The notes below the pieces were generated by a model. The model searched no databases. It saw only the letters and a list, made by a program, of their open reading frames with translations, and was not told the DNA's origin. From positions 8,080-72,079 of the IMG/VR virus record IMGVR_UViG_3300032218_004357: a DNA stretch of 64,000 nt; one strand, given 5' to 3'. Origin of the DNA: a virus. Taxonomy: Duplodnaviria; Caudoviricetes. A program made the position numbers and the translations under genes. The stretch's first letter is position 1; every line of letters begins with the position of its first letter. Below, in pieces: positions 19,108-27,925 of the stretch.

Positions 19108-19283
19108 ACGAGTTGTCGCGCGATTCTCGCGTGATTTCTGCTGCACGGCTGTCGCAGGCGTTCCATACGAACCCATTAACCCTCATGGATTTGCCAGAGG
19201 ATCTCTGGTTGATTCTTCATGCTTGTGGTAATGTGGTTCAACGCGATCAAGAGGCTGCCCTGAAAAAATCGCAATCAGGGTAG
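19089..19283 (+). CDS. -1 frame extension of the tail chaperone (gpGT analogue)
   Basis: The -1 frame is open from GGACCCT (19086-19092) to TAG 19283 (...DELSRDSRVISAARLSQAFHTNPLTLMDLPEDLWLILHACGNVVQRDQEAALKKSQSG), with no clear RBS of its own. Confidence 0.65.
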   Translation, partial: PYQDAVDELSRDSRVISAARLSQAFHTNPLTLMDLPEDLWLILHACGNVVQRDQEAALKKSQSG

Positions 19284-19329
19284 CCTTGTCGTGTTGGATA
19301 GCGGTCTACCGGTTTGAGGGGTTTCTTCG

Positions 19330-22300
19330 GTGCCTGACGCACGGATCTACGTCAAGATTGACGTCGATAATGCGGCAGCGATTGCCAAGATCCGGGCGAC
19401 CGAAGCATCCATTGCGTCGATCATCAAGAAAAACGATGACCTGACGAAGCGTGTTGACGCCCTTGCTAAAGCGCACTTCACCGAGGTCAAAGCCCTCGAG
19501 CAGAAGGGCAAGCAACTCGACAAACACTCCAAGGCTGTCCTGAACGCCACAAAAGCCAGCCATATGTTGGAACGTGCGGGCGGCGCGTTGATGAAAGTCA
19601 TCAAGTACGGTGCGATGGAGTTCGGCGCGATGACCGCCGTCCTCGGCGGCCTCAAGGTCGCGCTCCTCGCAGGCCAGTACGTGATGAAGGGTTTCCACGT
19701 CGGCATGCTCGCCCTCGGTGCGGCGGCAGGCGTCGCGATCGGCGCGATTTCCGGCGTCCTCGGTGCGATCCGCGAGTTGCAGACCGCCAAGTTGTCGGGC
19801 GACTTCAAGGCCGTATACGGGCTGACGCCACCCGGATCCGGACCCGAGGCGACCCGCTACCGGTCGTCGCGTGGTCTCATCAACCGGACGATGGGTGACT
19901 CACGCTTCGGAATGATTTCCGATGCCGGGTTGACGATGGCGATGCAGCAGCAACTCCAGCACGGCCAGCAGGTGGGTGGTGCGTTCCGGAACCAGTTTGC
20001 TCGCCTCGGCGATCTTACGGGTGGCGACGAGAAGAAGATGCTCGCCTTGAACAAGGCGATGGCGCAGGGCGCTGAGGCAGGAAAGATCACGCAGAGCGTC
20101 TATGACGCGTTGGTCAAGACCTCTCCGGCGCTGGGTAAAGCGTTTGAGGAGATGACGGGTGGTCCGAAGCAGGCGGCGGATGCTGCGGCTAAGGGCTCGA
20201 TCACGTTCGAGCAGTTCAACAAGGTCCTCATGGAGGGCAACCTCAAGGCCCTCCAACCGTACAACGGCGCGTTGAATGAAATCAACAATACCGTCATGGG
20301 CAAGTTCAAGGGCGCTGTTCGTTCCATCAAGGAGCAGTTGACCGGGATCTCGGAAACGTCGGCAAACGCGTTGTACGGATCGGGCACCAACATGTCGATC
20401 ATGGACGCGATCAAGAAGCCGATCGACGAGATCCTCGTGTCCGTGAAGGCAACGATCAACGCGATCACACCACTAATCCAGCAGATGGTTCCCGGACTCT
20501 TTGGGAACGCTGGCGATCTGACGCATCACCTCACCGACTCCATCACCACCGGCATCGCTCGCGGTATGGAGTGGATGAAAGGTTTTAGCGCGCGCGTCAA
20601 CTCGTGGATCGGCACGATTCGCTCGTTCTTCGGGCAGGTCGCCGATTACCTGACGAAAGCCAGCGCGCCGTTCGACACGCTGTGGAAGACCATCCTCGTG
20701 CCGCTTGGCGAGTTTCTTGCGGGCACCCTCAATACGGCGATCCAATCGTTCGGCAACAACGTCACCGCGAACGCGTCGTCAATTGCCACGTGGGGTGATG
20801 CGCTCAAGGGTGCCGTCGCGTTTACGAAGGCGTTCTTTGAGGGATTGAGTACGCTCAAGGCGGTTATGACGCCAATCATTACGCTGTTTGCAAACGTGTT
20901 GAAGCCGATTGAGGCGCTCGTCAACACCAAGATTGGCGGGTTCTTTGCCAAGTTTGCTGTTGTGTTTGGCGCATTGTTCATGCTGCTGCGCAAGGTGGTT
21001 AGTGGTTTCGTCAAGTGGAAAGCATCGATGGCCGAAGCGTTCGGCACGATGAAAAAGACGGAGAGCGAATACGCAGCCATCACCGCATCGGTTGAGCGAC
21101 TGACGGCGGCACTACGCGAGAACCTCATCGTTCAACGTCAAATGACTATGCAAACGCCAAATGGCGGCTTTCGCGATCCGAATACTGGCCGTTTCATCAG
21201 TTCAACTCAAGCGCGTCGTATCGCAGAGGGTCAAGTTGGCGGCGGCACTGGTCAACCGAGCGTATTGCCGTCTGGGGCTCCCGCAGGCGGTACGGGCGGC
21301 AGCGCACCGGCAACAGAGGGGACCGGCTCCGCATCCATCTACCATCAGGGTGGGGTGAGCGGCTGGTGGGCGCGCAGAAAGGCGGCGTTCGGTTACGGCA
21401 ACACGGGATACACGCGGTACTTGTCCGGTACGACGCCCATGTCTCGTCGTGAAATGCGCGCCGACGCATGGGAGAATTTGTCGGACGAAGAGCAGTTCAA
21501 TCGCGTTCAACAAAATCGTGCGAAAATGGCCGGAGCCGCCGCAATGACAGCAATGGTTGCTGGCGGAATGCTTGCTCAAAGTAAAAGTAAACAAGCGCAA
21601 TTTGCTGGAAACGCCATTAGCGGTATCGGCATGGGCGCAATGATCGGCAACATGTTGCCAGAGGGTAAAATGAGTGGCGCTGCTGTAGGCGCTGGCGCTA
21701 TGGGTGCCGTCCTCGGCGGTCAGGCCATCATGCAGCAGAACAAGGCAGGGATGGCTCAAGGAGTTCTTGGTGGCGCGTTGATGGGCGCTGGAACCGGCGC
21801 AATGGTCGGCTCGTTCTTTGGTGGTCCGGGTGGACCGGGCACCTTCATTGGCGCGGGTATCGGTGCTGTGGCTGGCGGCATTTACGGCGGCGTGCAAGCC
21901 CACAACAAAAAAATCAAAGACGCTCGAGACGCCGAACGAGCCGCTGCTAGTCGTTACGCAGATCAGTCGCTGAACACCATCGACGCTCTCAAGGAAGCGC
22001 AAGCGAGCAACAAAAAAGCCAAAAAAGATGTTGCTGACGCAGGAAAACGCCTCAATGAACTTGGTAGAGACTCCTCAACTTTCCATAAGGGTGGATCAGG
22101 TCTTATTGGCAAAATTGAGCAAAAAGCAGAAAATGCAGAGGGCGATAAAAAGAAACGACTGCAACGTCAACTTGCTGAGTTGCGGCAAGAACGATCTGAT
22201 CTTCAGCAGTGGGCAACTAACTATGAAGAGCAGGTAGCGGGCTACGAAAAAGCCACAAAACAACTCAATAAAGCCGGGAAACGAATCATATCCAACATCA

Positions 22301-23820
22301 AAGTTGGCGAATTCTTTGGCTTCAACGCGTCCGATATTGCTGGCTACGCCGATCGTCACAACATCAAACTCAACAAGATCCAGTTGGGTGTGAAGGCGAT
22401 GGTCGACATGACCGGCTACAGCATGAAAGCCGCCGACGCCATGTCGAACCTCGCGCTCTCGGCGAAGCGCACGTACGAGTGGCTGACCGACACGTACAAG
22501 GCGGCTCGCGAGTCAGCGCAAGCCTCCATCGATTCCCGCAAGCAGGTCGCCGATTTCCTCGCAACCTCGAACCAGCCGATGGACAAGGACTCACGCTTCC
22601 TCGCGGGAACCGATGCGATGACGTCGCTCGCGTCGCAAGGCACAGCGTTCTTGGCTGCGGGGGGCTACGGGCGCGGCAAGGACGCGTTCACAAAGTTCCG
22701 CACGGACCAGACCGCCAAGATCTACCGGCTCATCCAAGAGGTGAGCGCTCGTCCGGGCGTACAGACGGACATGGTCCAGATGATGCAGATGCTCGGTGGC
22801 GAGGCCATCAACAAGATCAACAGTGGTTTCAAGTTCAGCGATGCGGCGCAGATGGATCCGAGCATCAGCGAGAACCTCAAGGGTTTGGCTACCGGCGCTG
22901 CTACGTCGATCATTCAGCAAGGGAAGAACGCTCAAGCCTCAGGCAAGAGCAAGAAAGAACTTGTGGACTTGCAGCAAGCGGGCATCAAAGAACGAGCCCT
23001 TGCGATGGCGCAGTGGGCGAAGAACGAATACCACTTGAGCGACAACGTCAACGATCTGGCCGCTGAAATGTCGAAACTCATCGGCGGCACCATTCAGGAA
23101 GAGGGGGGCACCCTCTACGACAAAACCGTCCAGAGTTTCGCGACGGGTGGTGCGCTTGCTGCGCAGCAGATGACAAACGCGTTCACGGCGATGCGGCTCG
23201 TGGCCGATGCCGACGGCAAGGGGTTCCACTGGGAGAAGGGCAAGGGGCAGGTGGGGACGAACCTCACGAAGGAGCAGCAAAGACTCGTTGCGAGCGGCAC
23301 GCAAAGTTACGGTGCCGAAACGCAGATCACCCCGGATCTGCTGAACTCTTATGGAATCACCGGCAACGGCGACCTAAACGGCGACGGGATCCCCGGCGAC
23401 ACGTCGTCGAGCCGCTTCGCTCGCACGCTCGTCGCCCACTCCATGTTCAACTCGATGGTCCCCGGCCGACGCCTAATGACCAGCGGCCTCCGCAACTACA
23501 ACCTCGGATCCCTCTCCAGCGACCACCGCATCGGAGCCGCCTACGACCTCACGGGCGACAACCTCGGCGCGTACGCCAAACTCGTCAACGCCAACGGCGG
23601 ATTCGCCGAATTCCATGGTGCCGCCGGATCCCGCCACCTCCACGTCGTCCCCCCGCACGGCGACAGCGCCAGCCCGGCGATGGTCGGCGGATACGGTGCC
23701 GTCCACAACCACTCGTACTCGATCGTCGTCAACGGTGGCGACGCGTCGGCAGCAGCGATTGCTGACGAGGTGTTGGCTAGGATCCAACGAATCCAACGGA
23801 ACGCGGTGGAGCGGTACTGA
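19330..23820 (+). CDS. Tape measure protein with C-terminal M15-like peptidase motif
   Basis: 1496 aa, Ala/Gly-rich helical with hydrophobic segments, after the chaperone. C-terminus has TSGLR, SDHRIGAAYD and HLH. Confidence 0.9.
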   Translation: MPDARIYVKIDVDNAAAIAKIRATEASIASIIKKNDDLTKRVDALAKAHFTEVKALEQKGKQLDKHSKAVLNATKASHMLERAGGALMKVIKYGAMEFGAMTAVLGGLKVALLAGQYVMKGFHVGMLALGAAAGVAIGAISGVLGAIRELQTAKLSGDFKAVYGLTPPGSGPEATRYRSSRGLINRTMGDSRFGMISDAGLTMAMQQQLQHGQQVGGAFRNQFARLGDLTGGDEKKMLALNKAMAQGAEAGKITQSVYDALVKTSPALGKAFEEMTGGPKQAADAAAKGSITFEQFNKVLMEGNLKALQPYNGALNEINNTVMGKFKGAVRSIKEQLTGISETSANALYGSGTNMSIMDAIKKPIDEILVSVKATINAITPLIQQMVPGLFGNAGDLTHHLTDSITTGIARGMEWMKGFSARVNSWIGTIRSFFGQVADYLTKASAPFDTLWKTILVPLGEFLAGTLNTAIQSFGNNVTANASSIATWGDALKGAVAFTKAFFEGLSTLKAVMTPIITLFANVLKPIEALVNTKIGGFFAKFAVVFGALFMLLRKVVSGFVKWKASMAEAFGTMKKTESEYAAITASVERLTAALRENLIVQRQMTMQTPNGGFRDPNTGRFISSTQARRIAEGQVGGGTGQPSVLPSGAPAGGTGGSAPATEGTGSASIYHQGGVSGWWARRKAAFGYGNTGYTRYLSGTTPMSRREMRADAWENLSDEEQFNRVQQNRAKMAGAAAMTAMVAGGMLAQSKSKQAQFAGNAISGIGMGAMIGNMLPEGKMSGAAVGAGAMGAVLGGQAIMQQNKAGMAQGVLGGALMGAGTGAMVGSFFGGPGGPGTFIGAGIGAVAGGIYGGVQAHNKKIKDARDAERAAASRYADQSLNTIDALKEAQASNKKAKKDVADAGKRLNELGRDSSTFHKGGSGLIGKIEQKAENAEGDKKKRLQRQLAELRQERSDLQQWATNYEEQVAGYEKATKQLNKAGKRIISNIKVGEFFGFNASDIAGYADRHNIKLNKIQLGVKAMVDMTGYSMKAADAMSNLALSAKRTYEWLTDTYKAARESAQASIDSRKQVADFLATSNQPMDKDSRFLAGTDAMTSLASQGTAFLAAGGYGRGKDAFTKFRTDQTAKIYRLIQEVSARPGVQTDMVQMMQMLGGEAINKINSGFKFSDAAQMDPSISENLKGLATGAATSIIQQGKNAQASGKSKKELVDLQQAGIKERALAMAQWAKNEYHLSDNVNDLAAEMSKLIGGTIQEEGGTLYDKTVQSFATGGALAAQQMTNAFTAMRLVADADGKGFHWEKGKGQVGTNLTKEQQRLVASGTQSYGAETQITPDLLNSYGITGNGDLNGDGIPGDTSSSRFARTLVAHSMFNSMVPGRRLMTSGLRNYNLGSLSSDHRIGAAYDLTGDNLGAYAKLVNANGGFAEFHGAAGSRHLHVVPPHGDSASPAMVGGYGAVHNHSYSIVVNGGDASAAAIADEVLARIQRIQRNAVERY

Positions 23821-24488
23821 TGCCGACGGTCACGATCAACGGAATCGCCTACAACTCGGAACACTCGATCACACCGCGCGCGGCCAGCAAGACGCGTGCC
23901 GTGCTGCGGATGGCCGACTCGATCACCCTGCCGGTCGCAGGCGCCACCCCGTTTCAAATCAACATGACGTTGCCGTTCGCGCCCGTTGCCACCCGGCACT
24001 CCAACCTCGCGGGCGCCTACTCGCAGGTCGACCGGCCCGGACGCGCCCCCCTCAACGTCTGGAACAGTCCCCAGTTGGAGCAACTCTCCTTCGAGTTCAT
24101 CATCGCCAACGACTGGGCGCCCGGCTACGCCGACTGCGAAGACAAGATCACGACGCTTCGCCTCCTTGCCGCTCTCCCGACCGACGTCGTGTTCGCGTAC
24201 GGCAACATGACGAACGGCAAACGCTGGAAGATCACCGACTTCTCGTACGAGACGACAATGCGGGATCCGGCCAACGACTACGTCCTGCAGGCCACCGGCC
24301 AGATGACCCTCACCGAGAGCGTACAGATCGCAACGCAGATCGTGCCCGGCATCCAGCAGATCAAGGACACCAAACCGAACCAAGTGAACCGGACCGGCGG
24401 CGCCGGAGGCGGCGGTCGTCCCCCGACGACGACTCCCGACGACTACGACGCCGACGCGGCCTCGCGACGCGTGTTCGGCGTTGCGTGA
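23820..24488 (+). CDS. Tail tube initiator / P2 gpU-like baseplate protein
   Basis: Directly after the TMP; VDRPGRAPL, QLSF, LTE motifs. Confidence 0.6.
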   Translation: MPTVTINGIAYNSEHSITPRAASKTRAVLRMADSITLPVAGATPFQINMTLPFAPVATRHSNLAGAYSQVDRPGRAPLNVWNSPQLEQLSFEFIIANDWAPGYADCEDKITTLRLLAALPTDVVFAYGNMTNGKRWKITDFSYETTMRDPANDYVLQATGQMTLTESVQIATQIVPGIQQIKDTKPNQVNRTGGAGGGGRPPTTTPDDYDADAASRRVFGVA

Positions 24489-24500
24489 TGAGGAGGATGA

Positions 24501-25763
24501 ATGGCCTCCCCGCTGTCGCCGATTTATGTCGCCAATAACCCCAACGCCGACATCGCCGAATGGGTTACCGGCTTTGACGTCAACCTGACTCTCGATCAGG
24601 AATCGCAGTTTTCGATCACTGTCCTCGATCGCGGTCTGCGCATGCTGCGATCGAACTACTTCCAAGCCCGCCAGTCGATCAACTATCTCGGCATGAAGTA
24701 CGAGATCTCCGTGATCGAGGTCTCGCAAGGATCCGGTGGACCCGAGGTGCGACTCGACTGTCGCCCAGAAGCGATCCAAGCCCTCAAACGGTGGAAGACC
24801 GGCGAGGTCGTGAACGCAGGAAGCGCCAGCGGCTACGTCGCTCAGAAAGCCCGTGACGTCGGCCTCGCCGCGTTCGTTCAAACCGCACCGCAACGGTCCA
24901 ACGTCAGCCAAGCCTCGAGCACCAACTCCGACGAATCCGTCTGGGACGTCATGCGACGCCTCGCCAACGACGTCGGCTTCGTCCTGTTCGAAACCGACAA
25001 TCGGTTGTTCTTCTGTTCCGAGCCGTTCCTTCTCGGCAAGTTCGCACTCGCAGGGTACGGTGCCTCGAACGGGTTCCTCCAGATCCCCGTACGCTGGGAC
25101 TCCGAACCGATGAACACAACCGCGATGCGTCGGTTCGCTCCGGCCCTTCCGAGCCCGCCCGACCGGCCGCCGCTCGCTCGCGGGAGCACTGGCGTCGAGG
25201 TCGCGTACCTCCAGACCGTTCTCCAGCAACGCGCTGGGTTCTACATCTCCGATCCGAGCGGCACGTTCGGTCTGTCCACGGAAACGGCCGTCAGCCAGTT
25301 GCAGGCGTTCCTCAACATCACGGGGAACCCGGGCAAGGTCGGCAACATGACGTGGAGCCTCATCGACTTCCTCGCGCTCGGCGTCGACAAGGCAGCACCT
25401 GCGTACGGCACGTACTACCTCACGCCCCTCGGCGTACCGAACATGCGTCTATCCGACAACGCGTACGAAGCCGCGACCGCCTCGTTCAACGTCGAACGCG
25501 AGTACGGACGGCACCTCCGTCCGGGCATGACAGTCGCGTTGGAGAACGTGCCCGGCTTCGAGGGGGCGTACCTCATCACCGAAGTGTCGTGGCGTGAAGG
25601 CACCAACGATCCGGTGTCCGTCAACACGCGCACGCTCGTCGAGCCGAAGCCCAACGCGCAGAACAACAACGAAGAACTCAACATCTACCGGACATCTCTC
25701 AGCCTTACCGGCGGTGGTCTCGCCGACTCGCAGACGGTCGCCGTGTTGGGGAACAACCAATGA
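24501..25763 (+). CDS. Baseplate hub (gp27/gpD-like) with an inserted peptidoglycan-binding domain
   Basis: ESVWDVMRRLANDVGFVLFE and LRPGMTV..EN..GFEGAYLITEV hub motifs; LARGSTGVEVAYLQ...GTFG..TETAV..LQ...GKVG..TW is PG_binding_1-like. Confidence 0.78.
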   Translation: MASPLSPIYVANNPNADIAEWVTGFDVNLTLDQESQFSITVLDRGLRMLRSNYFQARQSINYLGMKYEISVIEVSQGSGGPEVRLDCRPEAIQALKRWKTGEVVNAGSASGYVAQKARDVGLAAFVQTAPQRSNVSQASSTNSDESVWDVMRRLANDVGFVLFETDNRLFFCSEPFLLGKFALAGYGASNGFLQIPVRWDSEPMNTTAMRRFAPALPSPPDRPPLARGSTGVEVAYLQTVLQQRAGFYISDPSGTFGLSTETAVSQLQAFLNITGNPGKVGNMTWSLIDFLALGVDKAAPAYGTYYLTPLGVPNMRLSDNAYEAATASFNVEREYGRHLRPGMTVALENVPGFEGAYLITEVSWREGTNDPVSVNTRTLVEPKPNAQNNNEELNIYRTSLSLTGGGLADSQTVAVLGNNQ

Positions 25764-26710
25764 CGTTCTACACGCCGACTTCGCACATCAACATTCGCAA
25801 AGCGGCGTCCACACCGTTCGTACCGCTCGGTGCATGGCGCGCCGAAGTCGTCAACGTCCACGACGACGCGACCGTCGACGTCATCGTGCCGCGCATGACC
25901 GGCGCCGAGCAGGTGTTCACACGCGTCGACGTGCTCGGCTACGGGAACACGCCGATGTATGCGATCGGCGACAAGGTGTACGTGGCGTTCATCGAGGGAC
26001 GGTGCGACGACCTCCTCGTTCTCGGGCCGGTTCGGAACGCCCTCACCCCCGAGAACATCACCGGTATTCCCGGGGGCGGAGGTGTCGACGCGATCGTCTT
26101 CTCGTGGCCCGGAGAGACCATCCCGACGTCGGAAACCGGTCGCGCACCGATGCCGCGCGACGGCGTGACCCGAGAGATCCAGTTCACGTTCAACGACGCC
26201 GGTACGACCGAGACCACGGTAGACGTCCTCGTCAACGCCGAGATGATCATCACGGTGACGATCCCGGCGGGCCTGTCCTCGTATACCTACGAGTGGCAGT
26301 ACGCGCTCACCGACGTCGACGTTGTCTCCATGCAGGTGACTAGCGTGGGCGACGGTGCGCTGGGCCTCCTCGCCGAACTCCGGTACGACAGCACCGTCAC
26401 GGTTGATGGGCTCGTGTTCTCGTGGCCGGGATCCGGCCTCTCCTTGCGGGAGACGGGCTACTACCCGATGCCGCGCGTGTCGACAACGCTCGACATCCGG
26501 TTCACGTTGCGAACGTCGGGCTCGACGGACACCATCGTCGAGGTCTTCGTCAACGGCACCCTCACCGAGACCGTGAACATCCCAGCGGGGGCGACGGCCT
26601 ACACCTACCCGTGGGTGCTGCCGTTGGGGGTCGGTGACGTCGTCTCGATGCAAATCACTACTGCCGGAGATGGGGCGGCGGATCTGGTGGCGCAGGTTCG
26701 GTACGACTGA
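25760..26710 (+). CDS. Baseplate spike (gpV-like OB fold) with two tandem ~105-aa C-terminal domains
   Basis: AEVVNVHDDATVDVIVP...GDKVYVAFIEGR.DDLLVLG OB fold; duplicated VD..VFSWPG...RYD unit. Confidence 0.72.
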   Translation: MTFYTPTSHINIRKAASTPFVPLGAWRAEVVNVHDDATVDVIVPRMTGAEQVFTRVDVLGYGNTPMYAIGDKVYVAFIEGRCDDLLVLGPVRNALTPENITGIPGGGGVDAIVFSWPGETIPTSETGRAPMPRDGVTREIQFTFNDAGTTETTVDVLVNAEMIITVTIPAGLSSYTYEWQYALTDVDVVSMQVTSVGDGALGLLAELRYDSTVTVDGLVFSWPGSGLSLRETGYYPMPRVSTTLDIRFTLRTSGSTDTIVEVFVNGTLTETVNIPAGATAYTYPWVLPLGVGDVVSMQITTAGDGAADLVAQVRYD

Positions 26711-27921
26711 TGGGCTTGTTGTGGACGCGACTGGCGGACCTGCCGTCGGACGCGTTGACCGTCTCTTCGGGCACGTGGGGACTGCGGCATCGGCCGGTCG
26801 CAGGAATGATCAGCAGCAAGATTTACCTGTCCGGTGGATACTCGCAGGGCGATACCGAAACGGCGCGAAGCGAGACGTACGAGTACAACCCGACCACCGA
26901 TGCGTGGGTGCTCGTGCGCGACGGCTCGAGCAACTTGGTGCTGTGCCCACACAAGCATGTGTCCGGTAGTGGTGCAGTCGTCAACGGGAAGTTGGCGCTG
27001 TTCGGGGGCAGCGGGTACGCGCCCGATTACTCGAACCAGTACTCGTACCTTGATCTCTACGATCCGACGACGAAGACGTGGACGACGGACGACCTGCCGT
27101 CCATCATCAGTTCGACGTGGCAAAACGTCGGCAATAATGCGTGTTGTTCGTACAACAATAAGTTGTACTCATTTGGCGGTATTGCCGGTCGATACAGCGA
27201 CACGCAACAACGAGCATACGTGTGGGACCCAGCCCAGTCGTCGGGTTCCCGATGGAGCGCCACCGCGTCGTGGGCCAGCCTCGATATCGACGGGCTGTTC
27301 CAGCAGGCCGTCGCCGTCTACGGCACGAAGGCCTACCTCTTCGGAGGAATGCGCCTCGCCGCTGGTACCCCAGCCCAGTCGTACACCCTGATCTACGACT
27401 TCGTCGCCGATTCGTGGACGCGCGGCGCCGACATGCCCATCACCACCGAGTCGGGTGCGGCCGGTGTCATCGGGTCGACGATCTACTACACCCGCAACGG
27501 CACGACCTACGCGTACGACCCGGCGACCGACGCGTGGGACACCCTGACGAGTGTCGTCACCGTGACGAGCAGCGCTACCGAACCGGCCTACCTGTCCACC
27601 GGCACCAAGATGTATCTCGTCGGCGGCGACGGCACCGTGGGCACCGACACGTGGGCGGGGAACCGCGTCACGCAAGTGCTCGGACCCACCGTCTACTCGC
27701 ACACTGCCACCTGCGACGGCACCGCCACTCTTGACACCACCGCCATCCTCATCAACGTAGCCAGTGCCACGCTGACCGGCGACGGAACGGCCACGGCCAC
27801 GTCGGCGACGATCAACGTCGTGCCCGCCGACGCGACGCTCGCCGGTACGGGCACGCTCGTCGGTACGACTAACGTCGCATACAATCCCTACCTTGGTGCT
27901 GTCGTCAACCTAGGCGAATAA
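26710..27921 (+). CDS. Kelch-repeat beta-propeller virion protein
   Basis: Repeated KIYLSGG...YEYNPTTDAW, LALFGG...YDPTTKTW, LYSFGG, AYLFGG...YDFVADSW. Confidence 0.85.
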   Translation: MGLLWTRLADLPSDALTVSSGTWGLRHRPVAGMISSKIYLSGGYSQGDTETARSETYEYNPTTDAWVLVRDGSSNLVLCPHKHVSGSGAVVNGKLALFGGSGYAPDYSNQYSYLDLYDPTTKTWTTDDLPSIISSTWQNVGNNACCSYNNKLYSFGGIAGRYSDTQQRAYVWDPAQSSGSRWSATASWASLDIDGLFQQAVAVYGTKAYLFGGMRLAAGTPAQSYTLIYDFVADSWTRGADMPITTESGAAGVIGSTIYYTRNGTTYAYDPATDAWDTLTSVVTVTSSATEPAYLSTGTKMYLVGGDGTVGTDTWAGNRVTQVLGPTVYSHTATCDGTATLDTTAILINVASATLTGDGTATATSATINVVPADATLAGTGTLVGTTNVAYNPYLGAVVNLGE

Positions 27922-27925
27922 CTCG

